Shown: piece by piece, positions 1-11,200 of the stretch | How positions within the stretch are numbered: position 1 is the stretch's first letter | Layout: each line of letters opens with the position of its first letter | Origin: Myxococcota bacterium | GTDB lineage: Bacteria > Myxococcota_A > UBA796 > SXON01 | Assembly: GCA_040386535.1 (NCBI GenBank) | Contig: JAZKFH010000003.1 | Span: 128,001 to 192,000, forward strand | Direction of reading: 5' to 3' | DNA length: 64,000 bases | Position numbers and translations under genes: made by a program | Notes under the pieces: model-generated | What the model saw: only the letters and a program-made list of their open reading frames with translations | What the model was told of the DNA's origin: nothing | Database searches by the model: none

Positions 1-81
1 ATCGGCTCCTGGCCGCGGAGTCTCCGGCCGTGCGCACGCTCCGGACAGGTTAGCGATCGCCACGTCCAGAGGAAGCCGACG

Positions 82-1002
82 ATGAACACCCTGCATCGAT
101 TGCTCCTGACCGTGTCGCTCGTGGTGGGGTGCGGCAGCACGAATATCATCGGGGACTCCGGGTCCGACGCGGACACCGATACGGATACGGATACGGATAC
201 CGATACCGATACCGATACTGATACGGACACCGATACCGATACCGATACCGATACCGATACCGATACCGATACGGACACCGACACCGATACCGATACCGAT
301 ACCGATACGGATACCGATACGGATACCGATACGGATACCGATACGGATACCGATACGGATACGGATACGGATACGGACACCGATACGGACACCGATACGG
401 ATACGGATACGGACACTGATACGGACACCGACCCGGCGACATGCGACGATCCGGATATTGTCCTCACCGACGTGTACGTGGCCGAGCGCAACGACGAGCT
501 CTTCACGGACTGCTGCCCCGACGGCGAGGTGCTCGTGGGGTTCAGCGGCGAGTCCACGGCCGGTCCGGACTATTACATCGGCAAGCTCCGTGGCCTCTGC
601 GGCGTGCCCGCGGGCACCTGTGACGAAACCGGAGCGGGCAGCGTTTCCATCTCCGCTGGCACCACACTCTCCACCCGTGGCACGAACGGGGCTGTCGCGT
701 GGGAGCGCGCCTGCCCGGACGGCGAGGTCATCGTCGGGTTCAGTGGCAAGGCCGGGTGGTGGTTCGACGGCTTCACCTTCTCCTGCGCGCCGCTGGAATT
801 GGACTGTGTCGACAGCGTCTACACACTGGGCGCGTCTACCGAGCTCGAGCCGTACGGTGGAGCCGGCGGGGTGTCGTTCGATCCCATCGCGTGCGAGCCC
901 GGCACCATCGGCGTGACCACGGTGATCGGCACCGGGTACGGGGAGGGCGAAGGGTTCGTCACCGGCTTGGGCCTGGGATGCAAGGCCCTCCCGTTCGAAT
1001 AG
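82..1002 (+). CDS. Lipoprotein with a long Asp-Thr repeat stalk and a Cys-rich C-terminal beta-prism/jacalin-like (putative lectin) domain
   Basis: Signal peptide with lipobox (LVVGC); (DT)n tract; C-terminal repeats of CPDGEVxVGFSG and GGxGG motifs. Confidence 0.7.
   Translation: MNTLHRLLLTVSLVVGCGSTNIIGDSGSDADTDTDTDTDTDTDTDTDTDTDTDTDTDTDTDTDTDTDTDTDTDTDTDTDTDTDTDTDTDTDTDTDTDTDTDTDTDTDTDTDTDTDTDPATCDDPDIVLTDVYVAERNDELFTDCCPDGEVLVGFSGESTAGPDYYIGKLRGLCGVPAGTCDETGAGSVSISAGTTLSTRGTNGAVAWERACPDGEVIVGFSGKAGWWFDGFTFSCAPLELDCVDSVYTLGASTELEPYGGAGGVSFDPIACEPGTIGVTTVIGTGYGEGEGFVTGLGLGCKALPFE
172..429 (+). repeat. Hexamer tandem repeat GAY-ACN, about 43 copies, encoding (Asp-Thr)n
   Basis: Run of gacacc/gatacg/gatacc units, 258 nt in total. 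Confidence 0.95.
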
Positions 1003-1023
1003 CCGCGGTGCTCGGTTCGAGCT

Positions 1024-2814
1024 TCAGAAGCCCGTGCCGAGCACGACGTACGCCGCACCGCTCAGGTTGGCCCCGGCGTCGTTGGCGTAGGCCCCTACGA
1101 AGAGGTCGGGGTATCCGTCGCCGTTGAAGTCCTCTCCGCCGGAAACCGAGCCGGCGCCGTCACCGACGTGCTCCCCCGTCAGGCTCGTGTCCCCCGTGCC
1201 GAGGGTCAGCGCGCCGACCGCCGCGGCGCCCGACACGAGCCAGGCCGCTCCCTCGTCGCGACTCCAGTACCCGGTGTCGCCCACGAGCAGGTCGTCGTGG
1301 CCGTCTCCGTCGGTGTCACCGGCGCCCGCCACGGACCACCCGGCATCGCCCGAGGTGTACGGGGTCGAGAAGACGGCGGCGGACGCCGCGAGCGGGACCG
1401 ACGCGGGCGAGGCCGAGCCGTGGACCAGGTACGCCCGCCCGCCCATCGAGTACTCCGGGGCGCCGACCAGGAAGTCCGCGTACCCGTCGGCGTTGCTGTC
1501 GCCAACGCCTGCGAGCGCGGCGCCCGCCTCCCCGCGCGAGTACGCCCCCTCGAACACCGCATCGGCCGCCTCGAGCCCGAGGGAGCCCGGGCTGGCGGAC
1601 CCGAGGACGAGGTACACGACGCCGGCGTCCTCCGCGAGGGCGTCGCTCAACGGGGCGCCGACGAGCAGGTCGGGGTGGCCGTCTCCGTCCACGTCTCCCG
1701 CGCCGGCGACCGCGGCGCCAGCGGTGTCGACGGCGGCCACCCCGCCGTAGGTCGCGCCCACGGTGCCGAGCGTCGCCGAGGCGACCGTGCTGGCCCCCAG
1801 GATGAGGTAGGCGGCGCCGGCCCCCGCGCCCCCGTCGTCGGCCGCCCACGCGCCGACGAGCATGTCCGCCAGCCCGTCCCCGTCCACGTCACCGGCCGCC
1901 GCGACGGCCGCGCCGCCGTTGTCGTAGCGCCCGGCGCCGAGGAAGGTCGCGTCCGCGTCGGCGAGCGAACGTGACCCCATCGAGGGGGAGCCGAGCACGA
2001 GGTGGGCCGCGCCCGTGTACTCGTCCCGGTGGGGCGAGCCGATCAGGAAGTCGCCGAGGCCGTCGCCGTCGACATCGCCGAGCCCTGCCAGCCCGTCGCC
2101 GGCCCGGGCGGACTCCCCGTCGCCGTCGAACCGCGCATCCGCGTCGTCGAGCGAGCCCGAGGTGGGCGAGGCCGACCCGAGGACGAGGTACACGGCGCCC
2201 TGGGTGCTCTGCGTCTCGCCGTGCGTCACGGCCCCGATCAGGAAGTCGTCGAAGCCGTCCCCATCGACGTCCGCCACACCCTCCACCGAAAGCCCCGCGC
2301 GGTCACTGCTCTCCTCTCCGGTGTACCGGGCGTCGGCATCCGCGAGGCTGAGGTCGGCGAGGACACACTCGGGCACGCCCTCGTCGCAGTTGTTGTCCAC
2401 CTGGTCGCGGCACACCTCTTCCCGTCCCGGCGCGATCGCGGCGTCGCCGTCGTCGCAGTCGTCGCCGAGAGCCGAGTAGCCGGGCGCCTCCACGCACACG
2501 CACGCGGTGCCCTCCCCACCGTGCCCGTCCCCGTCGGCGTCCACGAAGAAGGGCTGGCATCCGAGCGCGTCGGAGTCGTTCGTGTCGCCGTCGCAGTCGT
2601 CGTCCGCGGCCGTCGCGCACTCCTCCGTGCCGCCGGGGTGGATCCGATCGTCGGCGTCGTCGCAGTCACCGGCCTCCACGGTGTACCCGTCGGCGTCCAC
2701 GTCCGAAGGGATCGGGGCGGTGTCGGGGGCGGTGTCGGAGGTCTTGTCGTCGGGCTCGGATGGGGAGGTGCACGCGAGGAGGAGGATCGCGACGAGGGCC
2801 GGGGGGGTGCGCAT
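1024..2814 (-). CDS. Lipoprotein with 2 MopE-like (putative metal-binding) repeats and an FG-GAP/integrin-alpha-like beta-propeller
   Basis: Lipobox LLLAC; DxDxDG...DCDD...P..E.C...D..CD units; repeated GDVDGDGxxDxLVGA and GAAYLVLG motifs. Confidence 0.85.
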   Translation of the reverse strand: MRTPPALVAILLLACTSPSEPDDKTSDTAPDTAPIPSDVDADGYTVEAGDCDDADDRIHPGGTEECATAADDDCDGDTNDSDALGCQPFFVDADGDGHGGEGTACVCVEAPGYSALGDDCDDGDAAIAPGREEVCRDQVDNNCDEGVPECVLADLSLADADARYTGEESSDRAGLSVEGVADVDGDGFDDFLIGAVTHGETQSTQGAVYLVLGSASPTSGSLDDADARFDGDGESARAGDGLAGLGDVDGDGLGDFLIGSPHRDEYTGAAHLVLGSPSMGSRSLADADATFLGAGRYDNGGAAVAAAGDVDGDGLADMLVGAWAADDGGAGAGAAYLILGASTVASATLGTVGATYGGVAAVDTAGAAVAGAGDVDGDGHPDLLVGAPLSDALAEDAGVVYLVLGSASPGSLGLEAADAVFEGAYSRGEAGAALAGVGDSNADGYADFLVGAPEYSMGGRAYLVHGSASPASVPLAASAAVFSTPYTSGDAGWSVAGAGDTDGDGHDDLLVGDTGYWSRDEGAAWLVSGAAAVGALTLGTGDTSLTGEHVGDGAGSVSGGEDFNGDGYPDLFVGAYANDAGANLSGAAYVVLGTGF

Positions 2815-2941
2815 TCCCGGGCGGGTAACCGAAGCGGTGCAGCGGGGCGCGGGGGAACGGAGGCAGGCGCCCGGTCACGACGGGGCCCGGGGTGGGGCCA
2901 GGCATCCGAGCGCGCGGCGCCGCCTGCGATAGACGGACCGC

Positions 2942-3859
2942 ATGGACTTTGGCGCGGTCGACGACGCTCGCGGGATCGACTTCTCCCTCCCCCCGCTCGA
3001 CCCGGCGTGCCTCGCGCGCTGGCTAGTCGTGTCGGCTCCGAGCGAGCACCGGCTCGCCGTCCACTCCGGCGCCCCGATGTGGGGCGAGAAGGCGTGGGTC
3101 GGCCCGCTCTACCCCGAGGGCCTCCCGCCGCGCGCGTGGCTCGGCCACTACGCCGCCCGCCTCGGCGCCGTCGAGCACAACGGCACCTTCTACGCCATCC
3201 CCACACCGGAGCTCGTCGCGGGTTGGGCGGCCGTGACCCCGCCCACCTTCCGGTTCTGCGTGAAGGTGCCGAAGACCATCTCGCACGCGGGCCCGTGGCG
3301 CGAGGACGCCCCGCGGTTCGGCGCCGCCGTGCGCACGTTCGGCGAGCGCCTGGGCCCCGTCCTGTTCCAGGTTCCCCCCGAGGTGGGGCCCGCGCACCTG
3401 CCCGAGATCATCGCGCGGATCACGGCGCTGGGGCCCGATCTGCCGGTCGCCGTCGAGGTCCGCCACCCCGACTTCTTCCGCGAGGGCCGCCTCGCGCCGG
3501 CGCTCGTGGAGTGGATGGCCCGCACGGACCGCATCGCCGTCGTCACCGACACGCCGGGGCGTCGCGACGTGGCGCACGCGTCGCTCCCCTCCCCTCGGCT
3601 CTACCTCCGCTTCCTCGCGTGCGAGGGCCCCGACGATGCCCGCGTGGCCGACTGGGCGGACCGCATCGCCGCCTGGACCGACCTCGGGCTCCGCGAGGCC
3701 TGGGTGTTCGTCCACCAGCGCGACGTCGTCGGGCTCCTCACCCGTGTGGAGGCCCTGCACCGCGCCCTCACCACGCGCCTGGAGGGCCGCCTCGTGGCGC
3801 CCCTCCCCACGAGGCTCCTGCGCCCGCCACCGCTCGGGTTGTTCGGACCCCGATCGTGA
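2942..3859 (+). CDS. DUF72 domain protein
   Basis: Motifs W..KAWVGPLYP, VEHNGTFYAIP, FRFCVKVPKTISH, LGPVLFQ, AVEVRH. Confidence 0.85.
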   Translation: MDFGAVDDARGIDFSLPPLDPACLARWLVVSAPSEHRLAVHSGAPMWGEKAWVGPLYPEGLPPRAWLGHYAARLGAVEHNGTFYAIPTPELVAGWAAVTPPTFRFCVKVPKTISHAGPWREDAPRFGAAVRTFGERLGPVLFQVPPEVGPAHLPEIIARITALGPDLPVAVEVRHPDFFREGRLAPALVEWMARTDRIAVVTDTPGRRDVAHASLPSPRLYLRFLACEGPDDARVADWADRIAAWTDLGLREAWVFVHQRDVVGLLTRVEALHRALTTRLEGRLVAPLPTRLLRPPPLGLFGPRS

Positions 3860-4525
3860 TCAGAGCTCCTCGATCCAGTCCCCGAGCCGCTTCCGGACCG
3901 GATTGGCAGACTCGACATCACGACGATCCTGCAGGAGCTTCTTCGCCTCGGAGCGCTTTCCGGTGCGGCCGCCGATGTCGAACACGGCCTTGCCCGCGGC
4001 GATGCGCACGTTCTGCTCAGGGTCCGCGAGGTGCTTCTTCGGCACGGTGAGGCTGCGGCTCCGCTCGCCGAGCGCGTCGAGCGCCTCCACCCGCGCGTCG
4101 TCCCCGCCGTTCGTCGCCACCCAGGCCGCGGCCGCCTCGTGCGCGGAGGCGCTGCCCGTGCCGCGCTTCCACCGGGCGCGCACCACGCGCCACGCCTTGA
4201 ACTGCACGGCGGCGTCGCTGTCGTTCTTCAGCACCCACACGATGGCGTCGGTCATCGCCGCGTCCGGCTCGTGCTGGACGAGCGCGTCCATCCGCGCGCC
4301 CGGGGTGCCGGACTTCAGCTCGGCCGGCACCTGGTCGACCGTGAACTCGGCCCGTGCCGCCGGAGCCTCCACGGCGGGGGTGGCCACGGCCCCCTCGGAC
4401 AGCGGAACGTCAGCGGCCGGAGGCTCGACCGGCACCTCGATGGCCGGCTCGGTCTCGGCGGAGCCCCCACACGCGAGCGCGAGGATCAGCGAGCCCAGGA
4501 GGAAGAGCGGGGGGAACGCGCGCAT
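3860..4525 (-). CDS. Hypothetical lipoprotein with HEAT-repeat-like helices
   Basis: Lipobox LALAC; ARVEALDALG and DPEQNVRIAAGKA motifs. Confidence 0.6.
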   Translation of the reverse strand: MRAFPPLFLLGSLILALACGGSAETEPAIEVPVEPPAADVPLSEGAVATPAVEAPAARAEFTVDQVPAELKSGTPGARMDALVQHEPDAAMTDAIVWVLKNDSDAAVQFKAWRVVRARWKRGTGSASAHEAAAAWVATNGGDDARVEALDALGERSRSLTVPKKHLADPEQNVRIAAGKAVFDIGGRTGKRSEAKKLLQDRRDVESANPVRKRLGDWIEEL

Positions 4526-4579
4526 GTACGCCTCGAGACGACGGCCGACCCTAACCCGGTCGACGCCGAGGCCCGCCGC

Positions 4580-6247
4580 CTACCACTCCTCGATCTCGCG
4601 GCAGCTCGACGCGTCACATGTCACCTTGGTCACACGCGCCGGGTTGACCGTGACGTTGTAGAGCTGCACGGTCTCGCCGTTGGTGAGCGTCACGTCCGCC
4701 GTGTAGTCGCCCACGGCGGCCTCTCCCTTGCCGAACACGCCGGGCGTCCCGGTCAGGATGATCGTCGCCGCCTGCCCTTCCAGCGTGACGATCCCGGTCT
4801 TCGTCATCCCGCGCGCGCCGGGCACGGTGGCCGATCGGTCGGGCCGCCTCGTCGTCACCGGCGTGGGCGTCGCAGCCACCGGCTCGACGGCAGCTGTGGG
4901 GGTCACCGGCACCATGGCCGCCGGAGCCGCCGTCGCGACCGTCGTCACCGGAACCGTCGTCACCGGAACCGCCGTCACCGGAACCGCCGTCACCGGAACC
5001 GCCGTCACCGTCGTAACCGGCGCCTCAACCGGTGCCTCAACCGGCGTCGTGACCGCCGCCACCGGCTCGACCACCGCCACCGGCTCGACCACCACCACCG
5101 GCACCTCCGCCGGCGCATCCACCACCACCGTCGCAGGCGTCCCCACGCTCGGCGTCGACGTGCTCCACACCCACCACGCGCCGAGCCCGACCACCGCGAG
5201 CCCCAGCACCGCGAAGGTCCCGAACGCCATGGTGCCCGCGGCCGCGATCAGGGCCGTGCGGGGGGCGCCCGTCGACGTGCCCTGCACCCGCAGCGACATC
5301 TCGCTCGGGCGCTCGATCATCATGGTCCCGACGCGGCCGCCGCCCTCTTCCCGCCCCTTGCGCGCCTTCATCGCCGGCGGCACCACCCGCTCCGCCCAGT
5401 CCTCGAGGATCATGCCCCCGAGCTGGCCGCGGATCCGCGCGAACGACCGCGCGCAGTCCCGCGCCGAGGGACGCTCGCCGGGCGAGTGGGCGAGCATGGC
5501 GCAGATGAGATCCCGCAACGGCAGGCTCGTCTCGCGGATCTGGCGCCAGGCGCCCGCGAGCTGGATGCCCGGCGGCACCCGCTCCAGCTCCATCGGGCTC
5601 TGGCCGGGGGGCTCGCCCGCCAACATCTCGAAGAGGGTCACGCCGAGCGCGTACACGTCCCCCGCGAAGGTGTCCTCGCCCCGGAACCGCTCGGGCGCCA
5701 TGTAGGTCGGCGTGCCGAAGACGGCGTTGGTCCCCCCCGCCTCGCGGGCCGAGAAGTCGGCGCGCGCCACGCCGAAGTCGAGCAGCTTGACCTCGCCCTG
5801 CGCGGTGACCCGGATGTTGCCCGGCTTCACGTCGCGGTGGACCAGGCGGATCGGCCGGCCGTCCGGGCCCGGCTGGGTGGCGGCGGTGTGCAGGGCGTTG
5901 GCGATCTCCTCGGCGATCGCCAGGGCGACACGCGGCGGGAGCGGCCCGTCCGTCAGCAGCGCGGCCACGTCGCAGCCCTCGATGTACTCCATGACGACGG
6001 ACCAGTGGCCGTCGAGCTCCACCAGGTCGTCCACCCGCACGATGGCGCGGTGGCGGATCATGGAGAGCATGCGCGCCTCGTCCCTCAGGCGCTCGAGCAG
6101 CCCCGGGATCGCGGCCTGTTCGGGCCGGAGCACCTTGATGGCGACCGGGCGGCTGATGCCGGTCCCCACGGTGTCCGCGAGGTACACCGCGCCGAACGCA
6201 CCGCGCCCGAGGAGCTCCGTGACCCGATAGCTTCGCGCGCCATTCAT
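4580..6247 (-). CDS. Membrane-anchored Hanks-type Ser/Thr protein kinase with a Thr/Val/Pro-rich extracytoplasmic stalk
   Basis: GRGAFG, VAIK, HRDVKPGN, DFG and APE motifs; TM segment FAVLGLAVVGLGAWWVW; start moved to the ATG at 6247 because the longer ORF overlaps the divergent gene. Confidence 0.9.
   Translation of the reverse strand: MNGARSYRVTELLGRGAFGAVYLADTVGTGISRPVAIKVLRPEQAAIPGLLERLRDEARMLSMIRHRAIVRVDDLVELDGHWSVVMEYIEGCDVAALLTDGPLPPRVALAIAEEIANALHTAATQPGPDGRPIRLVHRDVKPGNIRVTAQGEVKLLDFGVARADFSAREAGGTNAVFGTPTYMAPERFRGEDTFAGDVYALGVTLFEMLAGEPPGQSPMELERVPPGIQLAGAWRQIRETSLPLRDLICAMLAHSPGERPSARDCARSFARIRGQLGGMILEDWAERVVPPAMKARKGREEGGGRVGTMMIERPSEMSLRVQGTSTGAPRTALIAAAGTMAFGTFAVLGLAVVGLGAWWVWSTSTPSVGTPATVVVDAPAEVPVVVVEPVAVVEPVAAVTTPVEAPVEAPVTTVTAVPVTAVPVTAVPVTTVPVTTVATAAPAAMVPVTPTAAVEPVAATPTPVTTRRPDRSATVPGARGMTKTGIVTLEGQAATIILTGTPGVFGKGEAAVGDYTADVTLTNGETVQLYNVTVNPARVTKVTCDASSCREIEEW
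4938..5010 (-). repeat. 15-bp tandem repeat (about 5 copies) encoding VT(A/T)VP in the kinase stalk
   Basis: accgYcgtcaccgga units visible on the + strand. Confidence 0.85.
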
Positions 6248-6350
6248 CCGAGGTGACGCTACCATGCGGAGGCTCCGCGGTGTGGGTAGAATGACGCCTC
6301 CTTGCTCCCTCCCCCGTGAACGCTCCCGTCGCGGGGGCCTCCGGAGCCCG

Positions 6351-8291
6351 ATGCACCGCGCCCGAAACCCGCTGACGCCGCCCCCTCGGCGCAGGGCGTG
6401 GTGGTGCGTGGGCCTCGCGAGCGGCTGGCTCGCGGCGTGCGCGCCCACCGGTGAGGACACCGCGCCGCTCGAGGTCGTCCTGGTCGACGAGGACGGGGAC
6501 GGCTGGCCGCTCCCGCTCGATTGTGACGACGCGCTGGTCGGGGTCCACCCCGGCGCCGCCGAGCGCTGCAACGGGAGCGACGACGATTGTGACGGCCAGG
6601 TGGACGACCATCCGGCGGACGGCGTCTGGGGCTGGCTCGACATGGATCGTGACGGCTGGGGCGATCCCGCGACGCGGGACCTCTGGTGCGGGGACTTCGA
6701 GGACGAGCCGCTCCCCTGGGTCACGAACGATGGCGACTGTGACGACGGGGACCGCAGGGTCCACCCCTTCACGTTGGAGACCTGCGAAGAGCCGGCGGAC
6801 GAGAACTGCGACGGCTCCACGAACGACGCGGGCGCCCAGGGCTGCGTGCCCTGGTACGAGGATCTCGACGGGGACGGCGTGGGCGTCGAGCGGTCGGCGT
6901 GCCTGTGCGAGGCCGAGGGCAACTACCGCGCGCCGGTCGACGGGGACTGCGACGACGAGGACAGCTCGAAGGTCGAAGGATGCGGGCTCTCCGGGGCGCG
7001 CACCCTCGGCGCCGGGGAGTCAGCCATCGTCGGCGCGGCGGCAGGGGACTCCGCGGGCACGTCGCTCGCCCGCGCCGGCGATCCCGACGGGGACGGCTGG
7101 CCCGACCTGCTCGTCGGCGCCCCGGAGGACCGCGCCCGCCCGAGCTGGGTGCTGTTGCGCGGCCCGTTCGACGGCGACAAGGATCTGCGCGCTCCGAGCG
7201 CCACGTTCAACGAGACCATCCTGAACACCGCGCCGCTGCTGACGATGGCCGGCGGCGTGGATCTCGACGGAGACGGCGCCGACGAGCTGGTGCTCGGCGC
7301 GTACGGCACGGTCCCCGAGGGCGCCTGGACCGGCCTGGTCTACATCCTCGGGGGCGGCGACTCCGGCACGGTCGACTTGAGCTACGCGGACGCCCGGTTC
7401 GACAGCGCGCGGACCACGTCGCGCCACACGATCCGGGTGGCGGTCTCGCCCGACACCGACGGGGACGGCATCGGCGACCTGATCATCGGCGGCACCTGGA
7501 ACAACTCGGTGTGGCTCTTCTCGGGCCCGGTGGAGGGCGCGTTCACGCCGACCTCGGCCGCGTGCTCGATCCAAGGCGTGATCGGGGAGATGGGGAGCGC
7601 CGTGGCGGCCGCGGGCGACGTGGACGGGGACGGGCTCGGCGATCTGCTCGCCGGCGCCCCGCTGCACGGGACCTCGGCCGAGGGCGCCGTGTTGCTGGTC
7701 TCCGGCGGCACGACCGGCAGCGTCGGGGCGGAGGACGCGACCGCGGTCCTCTGGGGCCCGGTCCCGAGGTCCGTGGCCGGGGCGACCGTGGCGGGCCCCG
7801 GCGACATCGATGGCGACGGCTACGATGACGTGCTCGTCGGCGGCCCGACCGACGTCGACGGCGCCGTCCAGGCCGGCAGCGTCTGGCTCGTGCGGGGGCC
7901 CCTCGCGGGCGCGATCTCGCTGTTCGACGCGGACGCCCGCATCGACGGGGGGGCCGCCTTCGACGCCTCGTACAGCATCGAGCAGGCGGGCGATCTGGAC
8001 GGAGACGGCGCCGCCGACCTCGCCATCGGCTCCCCGGGCGACGACACGAAGGCCGACGGCGCGGGCGCCGTCTTCGTCTTCTTCGGGCCGGTGCAGGGCA
8101 CCGCACGCAACACCGACGGCGACCTTCGCCTCTACGGGGCCGCCGCGAGCGACGCCGCGGGGATGGTGCTCACCGGCGCTGGAGACCTCGACATGGACGG
8201 CTTCGACGATCTCGTCCTCGGCGTGCCCGGCATGGACCTCGGCGGGCGGGACGCCGGCGGCGCGTTCGTCGTGCGCGGCGGTGCACGATGA
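6351..8291 (+). CDS. Lipoprotein with MopE-like repeats and an FG-GAP beta-propeller (start uncertain)
   Basis: Lipobox WLAAC; 2 full and 1 partial DCDD repeats; GDxDGDGxxDL motifs. Confidence 0.8.
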   Translation: MHRARNPLTPPPRRRAWWCVGLASGWLAACAPTGEDTAPLEVVLVDEDGDGWPLPLDCDDALVGVHPGAAERCNGSDDDCDGQVDDHPADGVWGWLDMDRDGWGDPATRDLWCGDFEDEPLPWVTNDGDCDDGDRRVHPFTLETCEEPADENCDGSTNDAGAQGCVPWYEDLDGDGVGVERSACLCEAEGNYRAPVDGDCDDEDSSKVEGCGLSGARTLGAGESAIVGAAAGDSAGTSLARAGDPDGDGWPDLLVGAPEDRARPSWVLLRGPFDGDKDLRAPSATFNETILNTAPLLTMAGGVDLDGDGADELVLGAYGTVPEGAWTGLVYILGGGDSGTVDLSYADARFDSARTTSRHTIRVAVSPDTDGDGIGDLIIGGTWNNSVWLFSGPVEGAFTPTSAACSIQGVIGEMGSAVAAAGDVDGDGLGDLLAGAPLHGTSAEGAVLLVSGGTTGSVGAEDATAVLWGPVPRSVAGATVAGPGDIDGDGYDDVLVGGPTDVDGAVQAGSVWLVRGPLAGAISLFDADARIDGGAAFDASYSIEQAGDLDGDGAADLAIGSPGDDTKADGAGAVFVFFGPVQGTARNTDGDLRLYGAAASDAAGMVLTGAGDLDMDGFDDLVLGVPGMDLGGRDAGGAFVVRGGAR

Positions 8292-11200
8292 GGGCGCGCG
8301 CGACGAGAAGCCTCGTGACGAGACACCTCGCCCTCGGCGCGTGGCTCGGCGCCCTCGCGCTGTCGGGGTGCGAGTGGGTACGCCTCCCCGAGGAGACCGG
8401 CGTCTACGATCTCGACGAGGACGGCTGGTCCTCACTGAACGACTGCGACGACTTCAACAAGAACGCCTTCCCCCAGGCGCACGAGACCTGCAACGGCGTC
8501 GACAACAACTGCAGCGGCTCCGAGGACGACGCCGAGGACGCCGCCCTCTGGTACGCCGACCTCGACTCCGACGGCTACGGAGACCCCGGCGCGTCCACCT
8601 TCGCTTGCGACGCGCCCCCTGGCTACGTCGACTCGCCGATGGACTGCGACGACGGGGATCGGGACGTGTACCCGACCGCCCCCGAGCGCGATTGTGCCGA
8701 TCCGAAGGACTACAACTGCGACGGCTCCCCCTCCTCGTTCGACGGCGACGGCGACGGGTGGAGGGGCTGCGAGGACTGCAACGACGTCGTGAGCACGGTG
8801 TTCCCGGGCGCGCCGGAGGCGTGCAACGGCGCGGACGACGACTGCGACGGCATCGTCGACAACATGGACGGGGGGGACGACGCCCCGTTGCGGACGTGGT
8901 GGCTCGACGCGGACGCGGACGGCTGGGGCGGCCCCGACGTGTCCGTGGAGGCCTGCGGCCGGCCCACCGGCTTCTCCGCCACCGACACCGACTGTGACGA
9001 CCTCGACGCCACGCGCCACCCCGACGCCCCCGAGGCGTGTGACGGCGACGACAACGACTGTGACGGCGTCGTCGACGAGCCGGACCGCTTCGGGAACACC
9101 CGCTGGTACGCGGACGTGGACCAGGACGGCTACGGCGACGACGACGCGTGGGAATCGTCGTGTGAGCCCCTGCCCGATCGGTTGGCGGTCGCGGGGGACT
9201 GTGACGACGCGGACCCCGCGATCAACCCAGACGCCGTCGAGATCTGCGATGGGGTCGACCAGGATTGTGACGCCGTCACGGACGACCACGCGACCGACCG
9301 CGCCCCCTGGTACATGGATCGCGACCGCGACAGCTGGGGTGACCCCGAGGTCGTCGTCTTCGCCTGCCTCCAGCCCACCAACTTCGTGGAGAACGACGGC
9401 GACTGTGACGACGACGATGTGCGCGTCAACCCCGACGCGTCGGAGCGGTGCGGGGGCGTCGACGAGGACTGTGACGGCGAGCTGGACGAGGCCGGCGCGC
9501 TCGACGGGCTCCCCTGGTACGCCGACCTCGACGGGGACGGCTGGGGCGACGACGCGGACGTGGAGTCGGCGTGCGCCGCGGTGGCCGACCGTGTCGCCCT
9601 CGGCGGCGACTGTGACGACGCCGACACCACCTTCAACCCGGGCGCGCTCGAGATCGACTGCTCCGATCCCGCCGACTACAACTGCGACGGGTCGGTCGGC
9701 CGCGCAGACGCCGACGGCGACGGGTGGATCGCCTGCCAGGACTGCGACGACGCGTCCACCGTGCGGAACCCCGACGCGACCGAGACCTGCAACGAGCTCG
9801 ACGACGATTGCGACGGCGACACCGACGAGGACGCCCCCGGCGCCGTCACCTGGTACGCGGACGCCGACGGCGACGGGTTCGGGGATGCCGGCGGCGATGG
9901 GGACGAGAGCCTCGCCGCGTGCGAACAGCCCGACGGCTACGTGGCCGACGAGACGGACTGCGACGACACCGACGCCGCCGTGTCCCCGGACGCGACCGAG
10001 CGCTGCGGCACACCCGACGACGATGACTGCGACGGCGAGGCCAACCGGGGCGCGTCCGACTGCCTCGACTTCTACGCGGACATGGACGAGGACAACTTCG
10101 GCGACGGCGTGGCCTGCCTCTGCGAAGCCGAGGCCCCCTACACCGCTTCGGACGACGGCGACTGTGACGACGCCGACCCCACCAGCCACCCCGACGGCGT
10201 CGAGGTGTGCGGCGACGGCGGAGACAACGACTGTGACGGGCTCGCGCCCGGGTGCGGCGTCGCGGGTGAGCTGGCGTTGGCCGACGCCGGCGCGAAGCTG
10301 ACGGGCCTCGGCGCGGACGACCGGTTCGGCAGCGGGGTGTTCAGCCCCGGTGACCTCGACGGGGACGGCTACGCCGATGTGCTCGTGGGCGCGCCCGGCG
10401 CGGACGACGGCGCCGCCGATGCCGGTGCGGTGTACCTCTTCTCGGGTCCGCTCCCGGCCGCGGGCACAGCCGCCGACGCGACGTCGAGCTGGCTCGGGGT
10501 GACCGCGGGCGACGGCGTGGGATCCGCGCTGGCCGCGGGGGATGTCGACGGAGACGGCGTGACCGATCTCGTGTTCGGTGCGAGCCTGGAGAGCTCGGCC
10601 GGCGGGACCGCGGGCGCGGTCTACCTCCTGCGGGGTCCGCTCGCCGGCGGGAGCCTCGCGGACGCCGACAGCCGCCTCCTCGGCACCGACGCGGCCGACA
10701 ACGCAGGCACGTCCGTCGCTGTTCTCGACGACGCCGACCTCGACGGCGACGGCGAGCTCGCCGTGGGCGCGCACCGGGAGACCTTCCGCAGCGGGGGCGC
10801 TGGCGTCGTCTACGTCTTCGACGCGGTCCCGAGCGGTGGGAGCTCCCTCGACGCCGCGGCGGTCGCCATCCTCACCGGCGGGGGCGCGGGCGACTTCTTC
10901 GGCCGCGCGGTCACCGCGGCGGGTGACCTCGACGGCGACGGCCTCGGGGATCTCGCGGTGGGCGCGTACGGCGCGGGCAGCGGCGGCGGCGACTCGGGCG
11001 CCGTCTACGTGTACCTCGGGCCCTACGCCGGCCTGGTGCCGGTCGCCTCGGCGGACGCCGTGCGCGTGGGCGCCTCCGGCGGAGACAGCGCCGGGTTCGC
11101 GGTCGCGGGCGGCGGCGACGTCGACCGTGACGGCTACGACGACCTCGTGGTCGGCGCCCTGAGCAACGACGAGGGCGGCAGGGGCGCTGGCGCCGCGTAC

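Noticed and set aside
172..429. Possible CRISPR or other spacer-containing array
   Set aside because: It is a pure 6-bp coding tandem repeat with no spacers, and no cas genes are in the window
146..442. (RYPY/RCPY)n ORF on the minus strand
   Set aside because: It is the antisense reading of the Asp-Thr hexamer repeat
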